Part shown: positions 58,100 to 64,000 of the stretch, piece by piece
Layout of the letters: the number at the start of each line of letters is the position of its first letter
Position numbering within the stretch: position 1 is the first letter of the stretch
DNA from: Candidatus Aminicenantes bacterium
GTDB lineage: Bacteria > Acidobacteriota > Aminicenantia > Aminicenantales > CALLJL01
Assembly (NCBI GenBank): GCA_026416195.1
Contig: JAOAFQ010000098.1
Coordinates: 7,931 to 71,930 of the forward strand
DNA: 64,000 bases
Direction: 5' to 3'
Made by a program: the position numbers and the translations under genes
The notes under the pieces: generated by a model
Seen by the model: the letters and a program-made list of their open reading frames with translations, nothing else
Told to the model about the DNA's origin: nothing
Databases searched by the model: none

Positions 58100-60634
58100 A
58101 TGCTAAGTGAAATTAGAATTAAAAAAGCTGCTCAACACAATTTAAAGGGGATTGATGTTACTTTACCTCGCAACCGTCTAATTGTCATTACAGGGCCAAG
58201 TGGCTCAGGCAAAAGTTCCTTAGCCTTTGATACCCTTTTTGCCGAAGGTCAGAGGCGTTATCTTGAGTGTCTTTCAGCCTATGCTCGGCAATTTCTCGAA
58301 ATCATGCCTAAACCAGAAATGGAGTCAATTGAAGGAATCTCTCCTTCCATTTCCATTGATCAGAAAACCATTACCACTAATCCTCGATCGACTGTGGGTA
58401 CTGTTACTGAGATTCATGATTTCTTAAGGCTCCTTTTTGCCCGAGTTGGTCTTCCCCATTGTCCCCAGTGCGGTCAACCTGTTCAGGCTCAAAGTCGTGA
58501 GAGCTTAATCGTCAAGCTTAAAGAACTTTTTTTTAATGAAAAGCTTAAAATCTTAGCTCCTCTGGTCAGAGGCAGAAAAGGTGAATATACCAAGCTTTTT
58601 GAACGTTTGCGTCGACGAGGTTATATTCGGGTTAGAGTAGATGGTCGATGGCGGGAATTGGATGAGGATATTTGGCTTGAAAAAACAAAAAAGCATGATA
58701 TTGAAGTTTTAGTTGATGAAGTTTTTGTCAGCCCCGCGGCGGAAAAAAGGCTCAAAGAGGCAGTAGAAAAGGCGTTAGAGCTAGCTGGGGGCGATCTTAT
58801 AATCATTCAAGAGAATGGTCAGAAAAGGCTCTTTTCCGTCAAACTTCTTTGTCCCTTTTGTGAAATCAGCTTACCTCGGCTTGAACCTCGCTTCTTTTCT
58901 TATAATAGTCCCTACGGAGCTTGCCCAGAATGCCATGGCCTTGGGTATAAAACTAGACTCGATGAATGGGGAGAAATTGAACTAACCGAAGAAGCCTGCT
59001 CCCTTTGCCAAGGAAGTCGACTAAAAAAAGAATCTCTTTCGGTTCTTATCCAAGGGAAAAATATTCATGAGCTGAGTTCCCTTCCTGTGACTCGGTTGAT
59101 TCAATTCCTTTCCTCTCTCTCTTTTCCTCCAACCCAAGAAATTATTGCTTCCAAGATAATCAAGGAAATTCTCTCCCGTCTTCAAGTTATGGAAATGCTT
59201 GGCCTTGGTTATTTGCAACTTAGCCGACCCACTTCAACTCTTTCTGGGGGGGAAGCCCAGCGGGTTCGATTGACGGCCCAAATCGGGGCTCGGCTTAAAG
59301 GAGTTCTTTACGTTCTTGATGAACCGACAATTGGTCTTCATCAAAGAGATAATAATCGTTTGATTAATCTCCTCAGGGCAATCCGTGATGCCGGCAACAC
59401 TGTGGTGGTAGTTGAACACGATGAGCAAACAATTCGCTCGGCTGATTATATCCTTGATCTGGGCCCAGGGGCTGGAGAGAAAGGAGGATATAAAGTGGCT
59501 GAGGGCTCTCTCTCCCAAGTTCTCTCTTGTGCTGAGTCACTTACCGCTCAATACTTACGAGGGGAAAGAGAAATTCCGATACCGACTCAACGTCGCCAGC
59601 CCAAAGGCTGGCTGATTATCCGAAAGGCTAGTGAACACAACCTTAAAGGAATTGATGTCAAACTTCCCCTTGGAGTGATGACGGCGGTAACTGGTGTTTC
59701 TGGTTCTGGCAAAAGTACTTTAGTGAGCGATATTCTTTTGCGGGCTTTAATGAAAAAACTTTATCGATCTCTTGAAAAGCCAGGAAAACATGAAAAGATT
59801 GAAGGTCTTGAGCAGATTGATAAAGTCGTGGCGGTTGATCAAAGGCCAATTGGTCGAACCCCCAGGTCAAACCCCGCTACTTATACTGGTATCTTTACCC
59901 CTCTAAGACAGCTTTTTGCCAGAACCCTGGAAGCCAGGATGAGAGGATATTCTCCTAGTCGTTTCAGTTTTAATTTGCCTGGTGGTCGCTGTGAAGAATG
60001 TCAGGGAGCTGGTGTTAAGAAAATTGAAATGCACTTTTTACCCGATGTTTTGGTGACCTGCGATCGTTGTGGCGGACGACGTTATAATAAAGAAACATTG
60101 GCTGTTCTATATCATGGCAAAAATATTGCTTCTTTTCTCGACATGACAGTTGATGAAGCTTATGAAGAGCTAAAAGCTCATCCTTTGCTCAAGAAGAAGC
60201 TAGCTACTTTGCAAAGGGTTGGTCTTGGTTACCTTCGCTTAGGTCAACCTGCTCCGACGTTATCGGGCGGTGAAGCCCAAAGAATAAAGTTAACCAAAGA
60301 GCTGTCTCGGAAAAATACGGGGAAAACCCTTTATATCTTGGACGAACCGACAACCGGTCTTCATTTCGAAGATGTCAGGAAACTTATCGAATTGCTTCAT
60401 GAATTGGTTGATCTAGGTAACACCGTCCTCATTATTGAGCATAATCTTGATGTTATAAAGTCCTGCGATTATGTTATCGATCTTGGGCCTGAAGGCGGAG
60501 AAGAAGGGGGATGGGTAGTGGCGGCCGGTCCCCCTGAAGAAATAGCTGAAAATCCCCGTTCTTACACTGGTCAATTCCTTAAAAAAATTCTAAAGGTTAA
60601 ACCCCAGGATAGGAAATTCGATGTCTTTAATTAA
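58100..60634 (+). CDS. uvrA: Excinuclease ABC subunit A (UvrA), short 844-aa form
   Basis: Two ABC modules (GPSGSGKSSLAFDTL and GVSGSGKSTL; LSGGEAQR twice), Zn modules (CPQCG, CPFC...CPEC, CSLC, CEEC, CDRC). The segment between Zn module 2 and CSLCQG is only about 18 aa. Confidence 0.9.
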   Translation: MLSEIRIKKAAQHNLKGIDVTLPRNRLIVITGPSGSGKSSLAFDTLFAEGQRRYLECLSAYARQFLEIMPKPEMESIEGISPSISIDQKTITTNPRSTVGTVTEIHDFLRLLFARVGLPHCPQCGQPVQAQSRESLIVKLKELFFNEKLKILAPLVRGRKGEYTKLFERLRRRGYIRVRVDGRWRELDEDIWLEKTKKHDIEVLVDEVFVSPAAEKRLKEAVEKALELAGGDLIIIQENGQKRLFSVKLLCPFCEISLPRLEPRFFSYNSPYGACPECHGLGYKTRLDEWGEIELTEEACSLCQGSRLKKESLSVLIQGKNIHELSSLPVTRLIQFLSSLSFPPTQEIIASKIIKEILSRLQVMEMLGLGYLQLSRPTSTLSGGEAQRVRLTAQIGARLKGVLYVLDEPTIGLHQRDNNRLINLLRAIRDAGNTVVVVEHDEQTIRSADYILDLGPGAGEKGGYKVAEGSLSQVLSCAESLTAQYLRGEREIPIPTQRRQPKGWLIIRKASEHNLKGIDVKLPLGVMTAVTGVSGSGKSTLVSDILLRALMKKLYRSLEKPGKHEKIEGLEQIDKVVAVDQRPIGRTPRSNPATYTGIFTPLRQLFARTLEARMRGYSPSRFSFNLPGGRCEECQGAGVKKIEMHFLPDVLVTCDRCGGRRYNKETLAVLYHGKNIASFLDMTVDEAYEELKAHPLLKKKLATLQRVGLGYLRLGQPAPTLSGGEAQRIKLTKELSRKNTGKTLYILDEPTTGLHFEDVRKLIELLHELVDLGNTVLIIEHNLDVIKSCDYVIDLGPEGGEEGGWVVAAGPPEEIAENPRSYTGQFLKKILKVKPQDRKFDVFN

Positions 60635-61616
60635 AGTTTGGGCACATGAACCCGTGAAAAGGGATTTGATGACCTGCTTAGCCTTAGGTAAACTCCCGAA
60701 TTCTTTGCTTTTTTCTGGGCCGGATGAATTAGGAATGAAAAAAATGGCCCTGTTTTTGGCTCAGGCTTTAAATTGTCTTAAAAGACAAGATGAGGCCTGT
60801 GGAGAATGTTCCTCTTGTCGCTCTATTTTTCAGGAAAATTTTCCCGACGTTATCCTTTTAGCTTCCAAGGAGAACAAAATGGGAATAGGAATAGATGAGA
60901 TCAGGGAGATAAGACAACTTGCTTTCATGAGGCCGATGGTTGGACGCCATAGAATTTTTATCTTTGAGGAAGCTGAAAAAATGTCCCTAGAAGCATTGAA
61001 TGCCCTTCTTAAGATTCTTGAAGAGCCCCCCTCATATACCTATTTTATTTTGATAACCACCAATGCCGACTCTCTTCCAGCAACCATTCGTTCTCGTTGC
61101 CAATCTTTTAATTTTAAAGCCATTGATTTAGAAACCATTACAGCTCGTCTTATTTCCTTGGGGTATGAACCGATAAGAGCCAGAACAGTGGCTTGCTTAG
61201 CTCAGGGAAGCTTAGAGAAAGCTCTTAGTCTTGACTGGGAAAAGATTCTTTCCAAGCGTCATCAGGCTTGGCAGGCCTTTCGGTTGTTCCTGAAAGAAGA
61301 TAGCACCTTTCTAACTAAGCTTCTGGCGTCATCTCGAGGAGCTGAATTTAAATCTGATCTCGAGGAAATGGTGAATTTTTTCATTACTTTTTTCCGAGAT
61401 CTTCTGCTTCTTAAGGAAAAGGGGCCGGAAACTCTCCTTATTAACCCTGATCTCAAGGAGGAAATGCAGATCATGGTTCATCAATTGTCCCAAGAGTTTT
61501 TACTTAAAGGAATTGAGTTAGGCCAACAGATTCTTGGAGGTTTAGATAGAAATCTTAATCCCAGGTTGCTTTGGCTTTATTTTTATGCTCAAATGCGGAG
61601 CCGCGACCATGCCTGA
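60621..61616 (+). CDS. holB: DNA polymerase III delta-prime subunit
   Basis: AAA+ clamp-loader fold, zinc module CLKRQDEACGECSSC, SRC-like motif TIRSRCQ. Confidence 0.85.
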   Translation: MSLIKVWAHEPVKRDLMTCLALGKLPNSLLFSGPDELGMKKMALFLAQALNCLKRQDEACGECSSCRSIFQENFPDVILLASKENKMGIGIDEIREIRQLAFMRPMVGRHRIFIFEEAEKMSLEALNALLKILEEPPSYTYFILITTNADSLPATIRSRCQSFNFKAIDLETITARLISLGYEPIRARTVACLAQGSLEKALSLDWEKILSKRHQAWQAFRLFLKEDSTFLTKLLASSRGAEFKSDLEEMVNFFITFFRDLLLLKEKGPETLLINPDLKEEMQIMVHQLSQEFLLKGIELGQQILGGLDRNLNPRLLWLYFYAQMRSRDHA

Positions 61617-62292
61617 AATAGTTCGATTGCTTTCTTTGACTACAGGCAAGATTGTCCGAGCCTTAAAGGGAGATTTGGCCATCAGTTTAGGTGATATTTG
61701 TCTTGTTGAATCCGATCTAGGCGGAGATTTAGCGGAAGTCATCGATATCGGGAGTGAAATTTGCCAATATGAACGAGCTCATAACGATGCCGTCAAAATT
61801 ATTCGTCGAGCAACTGAAGAGGATAAAAACAGGCTAGCTTGGCTGAGAGAAAAAGAAAAATATGCCTTTGACTTTTGTCTCCAAAGAATAAAGGCCCACG
61901 GACTACCTATGAAATTGGTCGCTGTGCGTTATTTCTTTGAAGAAAAAAAGGCCATTTTTTACTATACTGCCGATGGGCGAATTGATTTTCGACAGCTAGT
62001 TAAAGACTTGGCTCGCGAACTTCGCATAAGAATCGAGATGCGTCAGATTGGGGTTCGCGATGAGGCTAAGCTTGTAGGTGGCATTGGGGTCTGTGGTCGC
62101 CTTATCTGCTGTTTTAGTTTTATGAGATCCTTTGAGCCAGTAACGATTCAGAAAGCCCGCCGCCAGCAAATAGTAATTAATCCCACTAAAATTTCAGGTC
62201 TTTGTGGCCGCTTAATGTGTTGCCTGGCTTTTGAAGAAGAATCGGCTGGTCGCCTTTATAGTGAAGAAGAAGAATATTTAATTGAGGATTAG
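61609..62292 (+). CDS. ricT: PSP1-domain protein RicT/YaaT
   Basis: PSP1 C-terminal domain with conserved Cys pairs (GVCGRLICC, GLCGRLMCCL); holB-ricT synteny. Start set at the ATG overlapping the holB stop; the track ORF begins 24 nt upstream. Confidence 0.8.
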   Translation: MPEIVRLLSLTTGKIVRALKGDLAISLGDICLVESDLGGDLAEVIDIGSEICQYERAHNDAVKIIRRATEEDKNRLAWLREKEKYAFDFCLQRIKAHGLPMKLVAVRYFFEEKKAIFYYTADGRIDFRQLVKDLARELRIRIEMRQIGVRDEAKLVGGIGVCGRLICCFSFMRSFEPVTIQKARRQQIVINPTKISGLCGRLMCCLAFEEESAGRLYSEEEEYLIED

Positions 62293-62945
62293 TTTTCGTC
62301 CTTAATCATAAACTGGACCCGGCTGGAAACGGCGACGAGAATTCCATTAGAAGAAATAGCTTTTACCTGCCAGGAATATTTTTCTCCAGGCTTCATCTTT
62401 TTTCTAATATCTTCGGGAAGAATAATAACTGTTTCCTTTGTGGTTGAACTCCAGAGAAGTTCATTTCGGCTATCATAAAGAGAAATCTTATATTCAAGGT
62501 CTTCTCCTTGTTTTTTCCATTCGAAATAAAGAGGTGGCTGGTTGACATCGATAATAGGGGAAATAAGGTTGATAGCCTGACCGCGAAGGACGTTTTCTCC
62601 ATTGAGAACAAAAGAGGGGGGTTCCTCCTTAGAAAAAGGTGAAAAAATTAGAAAAATGACTATTAAGAAAGCAGCTATGGTTGGAGCCACAAGCCATTGC
62701 CGATTAGCAAAAATCATCACGACTTCGTCGGCCCATCGCTGCAGGCGCGACTGAGCAGGTTTTACTTCCCTGATTAAAGCTGGGCCATGCTCTTTGATGG
62801 CTTTAATTACTTCTTCCCTTTGTTGCAACTGGTTGAAACAACGAGAACAATTGAAAAAATGCTCTTCAAACCTCTCGGCCTCTTCGGTATCGAGCTTGTT
62901 TAATAAATATCCGTCAATTAATTCTTCAAATCGACATTTACTCAT
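62289..62945 (-). CDS. Anti-sigma factor, zinc-finger (HX3CX2C, ZAS-type), single-pass membrane
   Basis: EEHFFNCSRCFNQ motif, central TM helix, periplasmic C-domain; immediately downstream of the ECF sigma gene. Confidence 0.7.
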   Translation of the reverse strand: MSKCRFEELIDGYLLNKLDTEEAERFEEHFFNCSRCFNQLQQREEVIKAIKEHGPALIREVKPAQSRLQRWADEVVMIFANRQWLVAPTIAAFLIVIFLIFSPFSKEEPPSFVLNGENVLRGQAINLISPIIDVNQPPLYFEWKKQGEDLEYKISLYDSRNELLWSSTTKETVIILPEDIRKKMKPGEKYSWQVKAISSNGILVAVSSRVQFMIKDEN

Positions 62946-62968
62946 AATTTTGTTCCTTTGCCCTTAGT

Positions 62969-63523
62969 TCACTTTTTTAGTCGTCTCAATAACGCAAAAT
63001 TGGAATTTTTTTCAGGGAAAAATTTTCTCAGGCTTCGAGCTAAAATCTTCTGAGCATAATAAAGACGCTCACTTACTTGCCGGACGGATAGCCCAAGCCT
63101 AGCAGCCACCTCTTCTCGACTTAATTCTTTGTAATAATAAAGGTAAAGAATTTCTCGAAATTTGGGTTTGAGTTTAAAAAGAGTCTGAGAAATGATCTCA
63201 GCTCTTTCCTTTTTTAAAAAGTCTTCTTCGGGACCACCCAGAGAGGCTATTTCTTCAATTTTTTCAGAGGAAGCCTTTGCTTTTTGCCGAATGCAATCAA
63301 TAATCCTTCTTTTAGTAATAGTATAAATGAAAGTTCCGAGGCTACATTCTTCCCTAAATTCTCCTTTCTGGAGCTTGCTAATTACTTGAGTCAGGACATC
63401 TTGGACAATATCCTCCCATTCAGGATATTGGGGGCCCAAAGCCTTTTTGATGGTAAACCCAATTATAGGTCGATATTGCCGGATAATCTGTTCGAGTTCA
63501 TTGGTGGAAAATTGTCTAGACAT
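62969..63523 (-). CDS. ECF-type RNA polymerase sigma factor (sigma-70 region 2 and region 4)
   Basis: Region 2 (IIDCIRQKA context) and region 4 HTH (LSREEVAARLGLSVRQVSERL), 184 aa. Confidence 0.85.
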   Translation of the reverse strand: MSRQFSTNELEQIIRQYRPIIGFTIKKALGPQYPEWEDIVQDVLTQVISKLQKGEFREECSLGTFIYTITKRRIIDCIRQKAKASSEKIEEIASLGGPEEDFLKKERAEIISQTLFKLKPKFREILYLYYYKELSREEVAARLGLSVRQVSERLYYAQKILARSLRKFFPEKNSNFALLRRLKK

Positions 63524-63902
63524 TTAGACTAATTATAACTTTCAAGCCCTCGTTAAAACAAGGAAATTATTCTAATTCGATTTAATGAAGCGATAAAATA
63601 GGCAGGAATCGATAAGGAAGATTAATTTTTTGGGAATTTTTTTTCTGATAAATTCTTCTTTCTCCGACTAAAAAAAGTCCGAAAAAAATGATGGCTCTAA
63701 GTCGATGCTCGAAGCGAAGCCAAATCGTTAGGACTGAAGAGGCATTTTTTGTCCTCCTTGATAGGTATCTAAAAGAAAAAGGTTTTAGTTTTCTTAAAAC
63801 CACCAGCTCTGCTTGTGGCTATGGAAATTCGCCCGGACCTCAAAGAAATTCCGAAAAAAGGAGGAAATCCCTGACTAAATCTAAGCCTTGGAGAAAAAAA
63901 GA

Positions 63903-64000
63903 ATGAAAAAAGCTAAGTGGTTTTTTGAGGCGAAAAAAGAAAATTTTGAATCAGGGGTAACAATGATTCTCGAGGACGCCCAAGGTAAAAGGTCAATTTA
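63903..64000 (+). CDS. Start of an ORF running off the window end (hypothetical)
   Basis: ATG with GGAG about 10 nt upstream; MKKAKWFFEAKKENFESGVTMILEDAQGKRS... Open to the window edge. Too short to classify. Confidence 0.25.
   Translation, partial: MKKAKWFFEAKKENFESGVTMILEDAQGKRSI

Noticed and set aside
63524-63902. Overlapping ORFs 63582-63803 (-) and 63688-63906 (+) in the region upstream of the ECF sigma gene.
   Set aside because: They mutually overlap, are low complexity and Lys/Arg-rich from an AT-rich spacer, and lack an RBS. The region more likely holds the promoters of the sigma gene and of the ORF starting at 63903.

Overview
This is a 64-kb, AT-rich (about 40% GC by eye), densely coding chromosomal window from a diderm, LPS-producing bacterium. 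I call about 60 protein-coding genes. I found no rRNA, tRNA, CRISPR array, transposase or integrase.

The recognisable content is core-genome material:
- Lipid A genes lpxK and lpxL, followed by rph.
- LPS transport genes: lptE between leuS and holA, and lptB downstream of an oversized LptC/LptA-like protein.
- A complete Tol-Pal cluster (tolQ, tolR, tolA, tolB, pal, cpoB).
- A riboflavin operon (ribD, ribE, ribBA) translationally coupled to ftsY.
- trkH/trkA, uvrA, holB with ricT, ssb, eno, and comEC.
- An ECF sigma factor with a ZAS-type anti-sigma factor.
- An 11-gene co-directional array: recJ, lptC/A-like, lptB, rpoN, hpf, ptsN, a short hprK, rapZ, EIIA-Man, HPr and ptsI. This is a regulatory (nitrogen-type) PTS with no sugar permease.

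The parts most worth a second look:
1. A 779-aa protein that fuses a full AspB-type aspartate aminotransferase to a C-terminal HprK-like P-loop kinase domain plus a Cys cluster. It is transcribed 17 nt downstream of a flotillin gene.
2. A translationally coupled triad of a GT2 polyprenyl-phosphate glycosyltransferase, a B12-binding radical SAM enzyme and a SAM methyltransferase. A PlsC-type acyltransferase and GmhA follow, and a partial GT-C/YfhO-like membrane protein sits alongside.
3. A UDP-glucuronate decarboxylase and GT2 pair next to lpxK and lpxL, which could be an Arn-like lipid-linked pentose pathway.
4. A 621-aa LptC/LptA-like protein in the conserved lptC/lptA position.
5. A UvrA that appears to lack the insertion domain.
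6. A stand-alone acyl-CoA mutase catalytic subunit.
7. An unusually long (about 440 nt) GC-enriched non-coding leader upstream of the GT2 gene.

Everything is inferred from reading the translations and the DNA; no database searches were run.
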